DNA from: Sphingobacteriales bacterium
GTDB lineage: Bacteria; Bacteroidota; Bacteroidia; Chitinophagales; LD1
Direction of reading: 5' to 3'
Length of the DNA: 64,000 nucleotides
Assembly (NCBI GenBank): GCA_018262795.1
Contig: JADFDM010000001.1
Location: 205,308 to 269,307, forward strand
Positions 46,112-55,698 of the stretch are shown here, piece after piece (positions within the stretch are counted from its first letter, which is position 1; each line of letters starts with the position of its first letter). Both the position numbers and the translations under genes were made by a program. The notes under the pieces are model-generated. The model was not told where the DNA came from. It saw only the letters and a program-made list of their open reading frames with translations, and searched no databases.

Positions 46112-48256
46112 ATGCGCATTTTTCTGTTGTCCCTCGCGGCAGCACTTACTACCTCTCTGACCGTTCCCACTATATGCCTGGCGGGGAATAACGAAACCTT
46201 TCCCAAGATAAACCCACAAGATGTGACTATTGTTCGCGATAGCTTTGGCATTCCGCATATATTTGGAAAAACGGATGCCGAAGTGGCATACGGATTGGCT
46301 TGGGCCAATTCAGAAGATGCCTTTGCCGTTTCGCAAAACCTGATTTATACCGGTAAGAGTTTTATGGGGCGCAAGGATGGCATAGCGGGAGCAAAGACAG
46401 ATTTCTTTACGCACGCTATTGGGGCTGATGAAATTGTAGAAGCCAAATACGAAACAGACCTGTCGCCTGAATTCAAGAAATACTTAGATGGGTATGTGCA
46501 GGGATTAAATGCTTATGCCAAATCGCATCCCGGTGAAGTGAAGGTGAAGAAAGCCTTTCCGGTTACCTCTAAGGATATTCTGAAATCTTATGTGGTGATG
46601 ATGTCAGCTCTTTCTTATTCGCAGAACCAAGTGGGCGATGCCGTCAGTGGTAAGTTTGATAATGACACGGTGGAATTTCCTGCACACAAGCAACCTTCGG
46701 TGGGCAGCAATGCTTTTGCATTGAACAGCACTAAAACCATAGATGGGAAAACATATCTGTGCATTAATCCGCACATGGGCATGGAGGGCTTGTTATCCTT
46801 TTATGAAGCACATTTGCACAGTGATGAAGGTCTGAATATCGAAGGCTGCATGTTTCAGGGAGGCACTTCGCTGGCGATGGGGGTCAATGAAAACTTAGGT
46901 TGGGGCATGACGTGGAACACCTTTGATAAAGTGGACGTGTATAAACTGAAAATGAATCCTAAGAGCAAATTGGAATATGAGTTAGACGGCCAATGGTTGA
47001 GATTGGAAAAACGCCCGGTGTGGTTAAAAGTGAATGTAGCTAAGAAGGGAAAGTTTGTGCTGCCTGTGAAACGCATGACCTACTGGAGCAAATACGGAGC
47101 TACCTTGAAAAGCGACAAGAGCGATAATTTTTATGCAGTTCGCTTTCCTGCTAACACGACCATTCGCACTGCGGAGGAGTTGTATCGTTTGAACAAGGCC
47201 ACTAACTATAATGAGTTTTGGGAGGCTTTGCACATTCATGCTATCACGCTTTTTAATGTCGTTTATGCCGATCGGCAGGATAATATCTTTTATATCCATC
47301 AAGGAATGATGCCCGACCGTGACACCACTTACGATTGGAGCGGAATAGTGCCGGGTAACACTTCAAAAACTCTTTGGACGCAATTAGTGCCCATTGATAG
47401 TATGCCCAAAACAATTAACCCTGAATGCGGCTATGTTTTTAATACCAACAACACGCCTTTTCATGCTTCATCGCACGAGTGCAACGAAACCGGTTATAGT
47501 TATGTGCCGCGCAGACTGATGGACTTGCGCCCCGGTGATAATAATCGGGCGCAGCGTTTTACGGAGTTGATATCTGCAAAGGATAAGTTTAGCTATCAGG
47601 ATATTCACGATTTAAAGTTTGATGTGAAGATTTCAGATAAAAGTGTATTTGCTAAATCAACCGCCCCGCTGATGAACCTCGATGAAAATAAATACCCCGA
47701 TTTGAAAGAGGCGATTGAAATACTTCGCCAATGGGATCGAGTGGCCGATGTGAAAGCGTATGCCCCTACGCTGCTGGGCTTAACGCTGAAGCAGGTGTTT
47801 GATAAGCACCATTATAGCGATGCTAATTTTGTGATGGGCTTTCCGGCTCCAGAAGAGGAATGGGCTGCTGCTCTTCGCAATACTTGCGATTCGCTCCGAA
47901 AGTATTATGGCAGCATTCAAGTAGAATGGGGAACCGTGAATCGTTTGGTGCGCGGTACAAGAGATATTCCTCTTCGCGGCTTTCCGGATGTGTTGAGTCC
48001 TTGCTATCCCGAGCAGATAAAAGGCAAATTAGCCTTTAAGGCGGTGCATGGCGACACTTATACGATGCTGGCTTCTTTCGGTAAAAATGGGGTAGAAAAA
48101 TTGAGCGCCTTACAACCCATCGGCAATTCACTGAACCCAAACAGCCGTCATTACACCGATCAAATGGATTTGTTTGCCAAACAACAAATGCGCCCGCTTA
48201 GTTTGAATAAGGACGAGGTGATGAAAAAAGCAGCATCGGTTTATCATCCTGAGTAA
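46112..48256 (+). CDS. penicillin acylase / acyl-homoserine-lactone acylase family Ntn hydrolase
   Basis: About 714 aa. With the ATG at 46112 the protein has signal peptide MRIFLLSLAAALTTSL. There is a predicted autoprocessing site VGSNAFAL, where the nucleophilic Ser follows Gly. Confidence 0.82.
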   Translation: MRIFLLSLAAALTTSLTVPTICLAGNNETFPKINPQDVTIVRDSFGIPHIFGKTDAEVAYGLAWANSEDAFAVSQNLIYTGKSFMGRKDGIAGAKTDFFTHAIGADEIVEAKYETDLSPEFKKYLDGYVQGLNAYAKSHPGEVKVKKAFPVTSKDILKSYVVMMSALSYSQNQVGDAVSGKFDNDTVEFPAHKQPSVGSNAFALNSTKTIDGKTYLCINPHMGMEGLLSFYEAHLHSDEGLNIEGCMFQGGTSLAMGVNENLGWGMTWNTFDKVDVYKLKMNPKSKLEYELDGQWLRLEKRPVWLKVNVAKKGKFVLPVKRMTYWSKYGATLKSDKSDNFYAVRFPANTTIRTAEELYRLNKATNYNEFWEALHIHAITLFNVVYADRQDNIFYIHQGMMPDRDTTYDWSGIVPGNTSKTLWTQLVPIDSMPKTINPECGYVFNTNNTPFHASSHECNETGYSYVPRRLMDLRPGDNNRAQRFTELISAKDKFSYQDIHDLKFDVKISDKSVFAKSTAPLMNLDENKYPDLKEAIEILRQWDRVADVKAYAPTLLGLTLKQVFDKHHYSDANFVMGFPAPEEEWAAALRNTCDSLRKYYGSIQVEWGTVNRLVRGTRDIPLRGFPDVLSPCYPEQIKGKLAFKAVHGDTYTMLASFGKNGVEKLSALQPIGNSLNPNSRHYTDQMDLFAKQQMRPLSLNKDEVMKKAASVYHPE

Positions 48257-48362
48257 GTTCATGAGAGGATTAATGTCGGTAAATGTATCGCAGGAGGTTA
48301 GATGGTATAGGTTTCTGCTGATGCCATTATATTTGCCTGCCCTTTGTAAAAATATCTCCGGC

Positions 48363-49583
48363 ATGAAAAGAATCTTCTTCCTGTTTGTGATGGCTTCGAT
48401 AGGAATAAGTGCCTGCCAGAACAAAGCCACTACCTCTGCCGGCAATGAGTTTCAAAAAGAATTGCAGGAAAAATTGAAGGAGGCAAAAGAAGGAGATGTG
48501 ATAGAACTGCCCGAAGGCACCTACGAACTGAACCGCACTTTACTGCTGGATAGTATTCCGAACATTACGATTAAAGGAAAAGGAAAGGATAAAACCATTC
48601 TGAATTTTAAAGATCAATCGGAAGGGGCAGAAGGACTGCATATAAAAGCAGATGGCATTGTGCTGGAAGACTTTGCGATTCTCGATACCAAAGGGGATGG
48701 CATTCAAGTGCAGAATGCGATTAATGTGACATTCCGTAGAGTGAAAGTGGGCTGGACGACACTTCATAATTCGGACAACGGTTCGCACGGCACATCTACT
48801 GTGGGTTGCACCAATGTTATGATAGAGGAGTGTGAAGTGCTCGGCTCCGCTAAAGCAGGCATCTTTGTGAGCCAGAGCAAAAATATTGTTGTTCGCAAGT
48901 GCCATGCACACGATAACACAGCGGGTATTGTAATCGAAAACTCCACCGATGCCGATGTGTATGAAAATCTGTTGGAGAATAACAGCGGAGGGCTATTTGT
49001 GTTTGACTTGCCCGGCCTGCGCAAGAAAAACGCCAGTCGTTGTCGCTTGTTCAACAATCATATCATTAATAACAACACTCCTCACTTTGGAAAGCGAGGA
49101 ACTATTCTATCAGAAATTCCGGTCGGTACCGGCTTTGTACTTTTAGCAGCTAACCAGTGTGAAGTTTTCAACAACGATATTAGCGGACACAATTCCCTTA
49201 GCGGAGCTATCCTCAGCTACAGAGCCTTTGCAAAATCTTTCGATGATTCTATCTACGACCCATACTGTGGTGGAATTTCGGTGCATGACAATAAGTTTAC
49301 CCACGGCTCCGGTCAGGCAGATAGTACCATTGGCTTTGCTCATTTGCTGAGTTCTATTTTCAGAGATAAAATTCCCGACTTGATTGTTGATGGCTATGAA
49401 AATCCTGCCTACAAAAATCCTAATGGTCAGACGAAGGAAAGCCAGCGAATATGTATTGTCAACAATGCAAACATTACTTTCGTTAACTTGGACATGCCCA
49501 ATCAAAGTAAATATTTGAGCAAAGATCTCTCTAAATATAACTGCACCTTGCCGCAGGTAAATGCCGTAAAACTGAATCTTTAG
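48363..49583 (+). CDS. lipoprotein with right-handed parallel beta-helix repeats
   Basis: With the ATG at 48363 the protein starts MKRIFFLFVMASIGISAC (lipobox). It has periodic Asn/Gly-rich turns (VRKCHAHDNTAGIVIENS, LENNSGGLFVFD, FNNHIINNN, VFNNDISGHNS). Confidence 0.6.
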   Translation: MKRIFFLFVMASIGISACQNKATTSAGNEFQKELQEKLKEAKEGDVIELPEGTYELNRTLLLDSIPNITIKGKGKDKTILNFKDQSEGAEGLHIKADGIVLEDFAILDTKGDGIQVQNAINVTFRRVKVGWTTLHNSDNGSHGTSTVGCTNVMIEECEVLGSAKAGIFVSQSKNIVVRKCHAHDNTAGIVIENSTDADVYENLLENNSGGLFVFDLPGLRKKNASRCRLFNNHIINNNTPHFGKRGTILSEIPVGTGFVLLAANQCEVFNNDISGHNSLSGAILSYRAFAKSFDDSIYDPYCGGISVHDNKFTHGSGQADSTIGFAHLLSSIFRDKIPDLIVDGYENPAYKNPNGQTKESQRICIVNNANITFVNLDMPNQSKYLSKDLSKYNCTLPQVNAVKLNL

Positions 49584-49688
49584 TTGGCTTGCACTTCCCC
49601 GCTTCACGATTAATCAATAACTCTTAACCAGTAACGATTCTTCAACAACAATTTCTACGCCCCGCTTTATTCATTCTATATTTACCCA

Positions 49689-51878
49689 ATGCCAAAAAAG
49701 AAAAAGGACAAAAAACATACACATAAGCCCAAGGCTCCCAAAGCTCCTACTGCCGCAAAGCCGCTGGTGTTAAGCACCATCAAAGCGATGGGCAAAGAAG
49801 CCTCTCTGCGCAACATCTTCCCGCCACTCATCAAAAAACTTTCGCAAGCGGATATCGTCCTTGCCCTCAATGAACTCGATCGAGCGGGCATCATTCAAAT
49901 TGGTCAAAAAGGAGTGATCAAAGTGTTGGGAGATGTACCTGCTCATAAAGTAAGGAGTACCGCACGAAGCAGGTCTGGAGGCAAAGCGCTTTCCGGCACT
50001 ATAGATATTACGCGCAGCGGATCGGCTTTTGTAAAGGTAGAAGGGCTGGAGAAGGATGTTTTTATTCCCCCCAGAGCGGTGCATAGCGCCATGCAAGGCG
50101 ATGAGGTGAAAATTCAACTCACGCAAGCCGGTCGCAGGCCAGAAGGTGAGGTGATCGGAATTCTTCGCAGAGCGCAGGATAGCTTTACCGGTCGTATTGA
50201 AGTGCTGGAGAAATTTGCCTTTTTTATTGCGGATGAGCGCAAACTCAACAGCGATGTGTTTGTGCCGCTCACGGCATTGAATGGCGCAAAGAATGACGAC
50301 CGCGTAATAGCTCGAATTACCGACTGGAATACGGGCAATAAAAATCCGATAGGCGAAGTAGTGGAAGTGTTGCACAAAGAAAAAGGCAATGATTATGACA
50401 TGAAACTCATCCTGATTCAAAACGGATTCAGCATTGACTTTCCGCACGAGGTGTATCGCGAATTGGAAAAATATACCGAGCAGATTCCGCCTGCAGAAGT
50501 CAAAAAGCGATTAGACTTCCGCAAGGTGCTCACCTTTACTATTGACCCCGAAGATGCCAAAGACTTTGACGATGCTATTTCGTTTCGCCAACTTGCCAAC
50601 GGACATTTTGAAGTGGGGGTGCATATTGCCGATGTATCGTACTTTGTAACGGAGAACAGTGCCTTGGACAAAGAAGCAGAGAAGCGCGCCACCTCGGTGT
50701 ATCTACCCGATAGGGTATGCCCCATGTTGCCCGAAAAGTTGAGCAACTTGCTGTGCTCGCTTCGCCCTCACGAAGATAAACTGACCTACGCGGCCATCTT
50801 TGAAATGGATGCGCAATTCAATGTAACGCATCAGACTATTGCCCGCACCATCATTAACTCTGACCGAAGATTTACCTACGAGCAGGCGCAAGAGGTACTG
50901 GAAACCGGAAAAGGCGACTATGTAAAAGAACTACAAACCTTGAATAGAATGGCGAAAAACTTGCGCGAAAAGCGATTCAAGAATGGAGCCATTGCTTTTG
51001 AGAAGGATGAAGTAAAATTCAAGTTAGATGAGAGTGGAAAGCCCTTAGGCGTGTTCCTAAAGGTGCGCAAAGAGGCGCACTTGTTAGTGGAGGATTTTAT
51101 GCTGATGGCCAATGAAGCGGTGGCTAAGTTTGGAGCCCGTTTAAACAAAGGGAAACCTCCACTGCCCTTTGTGTATCGCATACATGACCGTCCCGACCCG
51201 GAGCGCCTCGCACAGTTTTCGGCAGTGGCAGCGCGCTTTGGCTACAGCCTGCACTTTGATAACGAAACAGATATTGCTGCCACCTTTAATGGTATGCTTA
51301 AAAAGGTGGAAGGTAAACCTGAACAACACGTGATTGAAACGTTGGCTATTCGCAGTATGTCTAAGGCGAGTTACACCACTAACAACATTGGGCATTATGG
51401 TTTGGCGATGGAATATTACACGCATTTCACTTCACCCATTCGCAGATACCCCGATGTAATGGTGCATCGTTTACTTACGCACATACTCGACCACAGTGAT
51501 GGCATGGTGGTAAAGGAGGAATTAGAAGCGCGTTGTAAAAACTCTTCTATGATGGAGCGCAAAGCGATGGATGCTGAGCGCGAAGCCGTGAAGTATAAGC
51601 AGATTGAATACTTGCAAGATAAGGTAGGGGAGGAGTATGAAGGAATTATCAGCGGAGTGATTATGAAAGGTGTTTTTGTGGAACTGATAGAAAATAAATG
51701 TGAAGGGATGGTGAGTGTGGAATTGCTGGGCGATGAAGACTTTGCTTTTGATGAAAAGATGATACGCCTTACCGGTATGCGCAGCAAACGCAGGTTTGAG
51801 TTAGGTGGAAAAATAAAAGTAAAAATCCTTTCGGCCGATTTAGCCCTTCGCAGAATTGATATGGCCTTGGCGGAGTAA
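49689..51878 (+). CDS. rnr: ribonuclease R
   Basis: 729 aa with an RNB catalytic core (TIDPEDAKDFDDAIS, HYGLAMEYYTHFTSPIRRYPD) and a C-terminal S1 domain. The N-terminus is Lys-rich. Confidence 0.93.
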   Translation: MPKKKKDKKHTHKPKAPKAPTAAKPLVLSTIKAMGKEASLRNIFPPLIKKLSQADIVLALNELDRAGIIQIGQKGVIKVLGDVPAHKVRSTARSRSGGKALSGTIDITRSGSAFVKVEGLEKDVFIPPRAVHSAMQGDEVKIQLTQAGRRPEGEVIGILRRAQDSFTGRIEVLEKFAFFIADERKLNSDVFVPLTALNGAKNDDRVIARITDWNTGNKNPIGEVVEVLHKEKGNDYDMKLILIQNGFSIDFPHEVYRELEKYTEQIPPAEVKKRLDFRKVLTFTIDPEDAKDFDDAISFRQLANGHFEVGVHIADVSYFVTENSALDKEAEKRATSVYLPDRVCPMLPEKLSNLLCSLRPHEDKLTYAAIFEMDAQFNVTHQTIARTIINSDRRFTYEQAQEVLETGKGDYVKELQTLNRMAKNLREKRFKNGAIAFEKDEVKFKLDESGKPLGVFLKVRKEAHLLVEDFMLMANEAVAKFGARLNKGKPPLPFVYRIHDRPDPERLAQFSAVAARFGYSLHFDNETDIAATFNGMLKKVEGKPEQHVIETLAIRSMSKASYTTNNIGHYGLAMEYYTHFTSPIRRYPDVMVHRLLTHILDHSDGMVVKEELEARCKNSSMMERKAMDAEREAVKYKQIEYLQDKVGEEYEGIISGVIMKGVFVELIENKCEGMVSVELLGDEDFAFDEKMIRLTGMRSKRRFELGGKIKVKILSADLALRRIDMALAE

Positions 51879-52166
51879 GGTGCGGCTGCAAGGAGATTGA
51901 TTGTTTTACCAAACAGATGTGATTTCAGAAATATTTTTCGCTCTTATCGGTGTTTAGTTCTGCTTCAGCGGAACGTTGCAAATTTGTTGATTAAACTACA
52001 GATGTTCGGTAAATTATTTTTTTCTCGAAGGGAGGAAAGAGTCCTTCGCTCCTCGGCTCAGGTTCGGCTTTAGATTAAGAACAGGAAGGCTAAAGCAAAA
52101 CCAATCATTGCCAAAAGGTTCGGTTCGTGAAAATATAGGCAAAATTGATTGCCGTGAAAGTAACGC

Positions 52167-52194
52167 AAAGACCCCGCACCGGGGCGGGGTCTTT
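52167..52194. terminator. GC-rich hairpin, possible bidirectional terminator
   Basis: AAAGACCCCG ... CGGGGTCTTT, a 10-bp stem with A/T flanks on both sides. It lies 21 nt downstream of the minus-strand response-regulator stop. Confidence 0.45.
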
Positions 52195-52214
52195 AAGGGG
52201 AATTTGCTGAGCTA

Positions 52215-52703
52215 TTACACTGCTATGTCTAAGTCTTGATAGTATTCTTTTTCGATAAAGTAGATGGAAAGTTTGTGGCGCACCTCAATAGATTTGCGAA
52301 CCGAAACAAAGAAGTCAATCAACTTCTTAAAATCTGCGGGTTTTTGCATGTAGCCGTTAGCTCCTAAGCGGTAACATTCTATCATATCCTTTTTGTAGTC
52401 AGAGTTAGTGACCACAATCACGGGAATGTCGGTCAGCTCCGGGTCATCCTTTATTTTTTCGAGCACTTCTTTGCCACTTACTTTGGGCATGTTCAGGTCT
52501 AAGAGGATTAAGTGAATTTCTTTGTTCAGCAGTTTGGCGGTATCTAAATACTCGCAGGCTTCTTCGCCATCAAAAGCAAAGTCTAACTCAATAATGTCGC
52601 TAAGGTTTGCTTCTTTAATGGCCTCCTGAATCAGACGCACTTCCGCAGGATTATCCTCCACCAAAAAGAACTTATAACATTGAGTAGAGTCAAAATCTAA
52701 CAT
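52215..52703 (-). CDS. stand-alone CheY-like response regulator (receiver domain only)
   Basis: 162 aa with FLVEDNPAE...ILLDLNMPKVSG...GANGYMQKP and no output domain. Confidence 0.88.
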   Translation of the reverse strand: MLDFDSTQCYKFFLVEDNPAEVRLIQEAIKEANLSDIIELDFAFDGEEACEYLDTAKLLNKEIHLILLDLNMPKVSGKEVLEKIKDDPELTDIPVIVVTNSDYKKDMIECYRLGANGYMQKPADFKKLIDFFVSVRKSIEVRHKLSIYFIEKEYYQDLDIAV

Positions 52704-52723
52704 AGACTTTAGTTTTGTTTAAA

Positions 52724-52731
52724 CAAAGCTA
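52724..52731 (-). promoter_or_regulatory. putative -7 box TAGCTTTG (minus strand)
   Basis: Perfect TAnnTTTG, 20 nt upstream of the response-regulator ATG. It is embedded in a 20-bp near-palindrome. Confidence 0.5.
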
Positions 52732-52812
52732 TGCTTCTGAACAACGAATTACCTTAGCACTTATAACAATGAAATTGTGAATAAGCAGCCGGAGTGTAGA
52801 AAATACTAAACT

Positions 52813-54312
52813 CTATTCGGCACCTTCCTGCTTGTCGTTATCATTTACCTTGATAAGCGCCTTAGGTTTAAAGTTCGGGTCTTCGAGATGATGGATAAAA
52901 TCTTCTACTTGGTCAGCGCCTATTCGTCTGGCCACAATCTTCTTATCCTTATCCAGCACATAAATTTGCGGAGTACTCTGAATATCCCATTCCCAACGGA
53001 AGTTGCTGTGGCGGTTGGCATCGCACACGTTAATCCAATCCAAGTTGTTTTTCTGAATGAATGCGAGCCAGTCCTTATACTCATCCTTATCCATAATAGC
53101 GGCAGAATAAGTTTCTACATCTATCCCCATTTTCTTCAAGTTGTGGTAGGCATCTGCCAAAATCGGAATTTCTTTTTTGCAATGGCCGCAATCGGGATCC
53201 CAAAAAGCGAGAATGGTGTACTTGGCCTTAATGTCGGCTAAAGAGCGCCACTGCGTTTCGGTGCTATCCGTCCAAAGAATTAAGCGCTGTGCTTTCTTGC
53301 CCACCAAAACCGGCTCTAAGCGATTCACACGGTCGCATATTTTAAAGCGCTTGGCAGTATCTAACCACGGAGTCATGTCGGGCTTACAGAAATACTCTTT
53401 TCCGAAGTGAACGTAAGCACCATCAAATCCCATGATCTTAGAGTTGGCCATTTCGTTGAAAATATAAGTGAGGATGTAGCGATACATTTCCCCTTTCTTA
53501 TCGGTTTTCGAGAGCACATCTTCGCCCGAAGCAATAATAGAATCAGGATTTTGAACTGTAGTTTGCGTCATAAAGGTCTTGAGCTTATTGTTTAGCACGG
53601 GGCAGCGCAGTAAGCGGTCGTCATGCAGGTCCACATTGTCCCAGTAGTGCGCTTTGTAGTAGCGCCATTGCCAACTCGAATCAGTGATGTTTCCTTTCGC
53701 ATCGCGCGGGAAATCAGGAACCTCTATTTCTTTCATTGCCTTAATCAGTTTGGCGTAAAACATAGTAGGGTTCTGCTCTATCACCTGATTGCGCTTGTCT
53801 TTTACTTCTTGGTCTATGGCTTTCAAGTCGGCATAGTAAACGTCCTTTTGCTTTTGGTCTTTTGCTTCGCGATATAAGGTCGAAAGTGAATCGGATTTCT
53901 GCTTCATCTGACCTAAAAACCTCATGTCGTCATAGAACAAGGTATTTTCCTTAGAGCCGATCACTTTCATGTGTCCGGTTAAGTCAAAGGTGTCTGTTTC
54001 TAAACTAAAAGAAGGTTCGCTCACGATAAATTCAAAGTAGCGATTGCCCATAGCCGGAAACACCGCTAAGTAAACTCCACCGGGCAGCAGGGTGTCGGCT
54101 TTAATAGTGACCGTTGATTTTTTGTCAAACTCCAAAGTGTCTTTTACATATTGCTTATCACCAAAGTAGTTGGCTAATATCATGGTAGAACCTTCCAGTC
54201 CTTTTACCGTCAGGTGAATATTCATTCCCTTAGAAATAGAACTTCCGGGGAAGGCGTAAGTAAACGTAAACAGTGTAAAAAACAGAACAACTGAAAGCGC
54301 AGGTTTCTTCAT
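52813..54312 (-). CDS. exported TlpA-like thiol:disulfide oxidoreductase with a large N-terminal domain
   Basis: 499 aa with a signal peptide and a C-terminal thioredoxin fold whose active site is FWDPDCGHCKKE. Confidence 0.8.
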   Translation of the reverse strand: MKKPALSVVLFFTLFTFTYAFPGSSISKGMNIHLTVKGLEGSTMILANYFGDKQYVKDTLEFDKKSTVTIKADTLLPGGVYLAVFPAMGNRYFEFIVSEPSFSLETDTFDLTGHMKVIGSKENTLFYDDMRFLGQMKQKSDSLSTLYREAKDQKQKDVYYADLKAIDQEVKDKRNQVIEQNPTMFYAKLIKAMKEIEVPDFPRDAKGNITDSSWQWRYYKAHYWDNVDLHDDRLLRCPVLNNKLKTFMTQTTVQNPDSIIASGEDVLSKTDKKGEMYRYILTYIFNEMANSKIMGFDGAYVHFGKEYFCKPDMTPWLDTAKRFKICDRVNRLEPVLVGKKAQRLILWTDSTETQWRSLADIKAKYTILAFWDPDCGHCKKEIPILADAYHNLKKMGIDVETYSAAIMDKDEYKDWLAFIQKNNLDWINVCDANRHSNFRWEWDIQSTPQIYVLDKDKKIVARRIGADQVEDFIHHLEDPNFKPKALIKVNDNDKQEGAE

Positions 54313-54332
54313 AATTGTATTTTAATCAGAGC

Positions 54333-54340
54333 CAAAAATA
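54333..54340 (-). promoter_or_regulatory. putative -7 box TATTTTTG (minus strand)
   Basis: Perfect TAnnTTTG, 20 nt upstream of the ATG at 54312. Confidence 0.5.
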
Positions 54341-54386
54341 TCCGAATTCGTTAAAAGGGCAGTACCCTTGATTTATACTCGCAGTT

Positions 54387-54459
54387 AAAAAATCTTAACC
54401 CTAATAAGAGGCGCAGCAGCAGTGAAAGGATGTCCTCTGATTGGGTAGGGTAAGATTTT
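54387..54459 (-). terminator. possible terminator after rlmI (compound hairpin plus T-run on the minus strand)
   Basis: AGGGTAAGATTTT (54447-54459) pairs with AAAATCTTAACCCT (54389-54402). An inner AGAGG/CCTCT stem is present. An A6 run on the plus strand gives a T-run after the stem on the minus strand. Confidence 0.35.
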
Positions 54460-54462
54460 ATG

Positions 54463-55656
54463 TTACTCTACATACAACACCATTCCTTTTAAGTAAAGCC
54501 CTTCGGGATTGTAAATGCTCACCGGATGATCGGCCGGTTGAGATAGGTGATGCAGCACCTGCACTTTTCTTCCCGATTCAATTGCAGCAGAGGTAATGGC
54601 TCCGTTAAACATATCGGGAGTCACCACTTGCGAACAAGAGAAGGTGAACAGCAGGCCCCCTTTCCGTATTTTTTTCAGCGCAGTATGGTTGAGCCGAGTA
54701 TAGGCCTGTATAGCATTGTGCCGTGCCGACTGGCTTTTAGCAAATGCGGGAGGATCTAAAACCATGATGTCGTAATCTTCTTCCGCTTGCTTCATAAAAT
54801 CAAATACATCCATCGCAAAAGACTGATGACGATTTTCGTATGGCCCATTCAGCGTTACGTTTTCATTGGTCCAATCAATGGCCTTGGCAGAGCTATCTAC
54901 TGAATGAACTAAGGAAGCTCCGGCTTTTAGTGCATATACTGAAAACCCACCGGAGTAACAGAACGTGTTCAATATTTTTTTGCCTTTGCTGTAAGAGGCT
55001 AACAAGTTGCGGTGGTCGCGTTGGTCAATGAAGAAGCCGGTCTTTTGTCCTTGCTGCCAGTTCACTTTAAAGAAGTGGCCATTTTCTTTCACGATGTCTG
55101 TTTCGGGTTTGCCGAAGAGATATTCCGCAGGTTTTACCTCCGTGAGGGCTTCTACCTTGCTGAGGGTTTCTCCACTTTTGTCGAAAACGGCTTTCAAAGT
55201 AGAGCCATATAAATCTTGCAATGCTTCACAGAAGTTTTGCCGCTCATTATACATTCCGGCAAAATGAGTTTGAATAACTGCCGTGCCATTATACCAGTCA
55301 ATAATCAGCCCCGGCATTCCATCCCCTTCACCAAACAGCAGCCGATACGTGTTCGTTTGCTCGCTATCGGTAAGGCCTATTTGTTTTCGCAAAGCGTAAG
55401 CACTATGTAGTTTGTTTCGCCAAAGTTGAGTGAGGTCTGTTACCTTTTCAAACGAAAAAACTCTAACGGATACGCTGCCTTTTCCATAGTGGCCGGTGGC
55501 TAAGTAGGTGCCGTCTTCCGAAAACACTTCTACTATTTGACCCGATTGCAGCGAGCCTTCTGTTTTTTTAACGGCTCCCGAAAATATCCAGGGATGGAAA
55601 CGCTTTACAGCCCCGGTCTTGTGCCGGTGAAGAATGACAGCAGGGAATTTCTGCAC
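54463..55656 (-). CDS. rlmI: class I SAM-dependent 23S rRNA (cytosine-C5) methyltransferase, RlmI-like
   Basis: 397 aa with an N-terminal PUA-like region, NTFCYSGGFS (motif I) and VLDPPAFAKS (motif IV). Confidence 0.85.
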   Translation of the reverse strand: MQKFPAVILHRHKTGAVKRFHPWIFSGAVKKTEGSLQSGQIVEVFSEDGTYLATGHYGKGSVSVRVFSFEKVTDLTQLWRNKLHSAYALRKQIGLTDSEQTNTYRLLFGEGDGMPGLIIDWYNGTAVIQTHFAGMYNERQNFCEALQDLYGSTLKAVFDKSGETLSKVEALTEVKPAEYLFGKPETDIVKENGHFFKVNWQQGQKTGFFIDQRDHRNLLASYSKGKKILNTFCYSGGFSVYALKAGASLVHSVDSSAKAIDWTNENVTLNGPYENRHQSFAMDVFDFMKQAEEDYDIMVLDPPAFAKSQSARHNAIQAYTRLNHTALKKIRKGGLLFTFSCSQVVTPDMFNGAITSAAIESGRKVQVLHHLSQPADHPVSIYNPEGLYLKGMVLYVE

Positions 55657-55698
55657 AGCTTAGTTTTGAAAAGAAATAAAATGGATGAATCCCGTTTT

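Noticed and set aside
49770-50447. 225-aa ORF antisense to rnr, along with other antisense ORFs between 50114 and 51787
   Set aside because: They lie inside a clearly conserved RNase R gene and have no independent support.
52711-52730. 20-bp near-palindrome AGTTTTGTTTAAACAAAGCT, considered as an operator upstream of the orphan response regulator
   Set aside because: It overlaps a perfect TAGCTTTG -7 box, and its symmetry comes largely from the AT-rich TTTAAA core. It may be nothing more than the promoter. I keep it only as a note.
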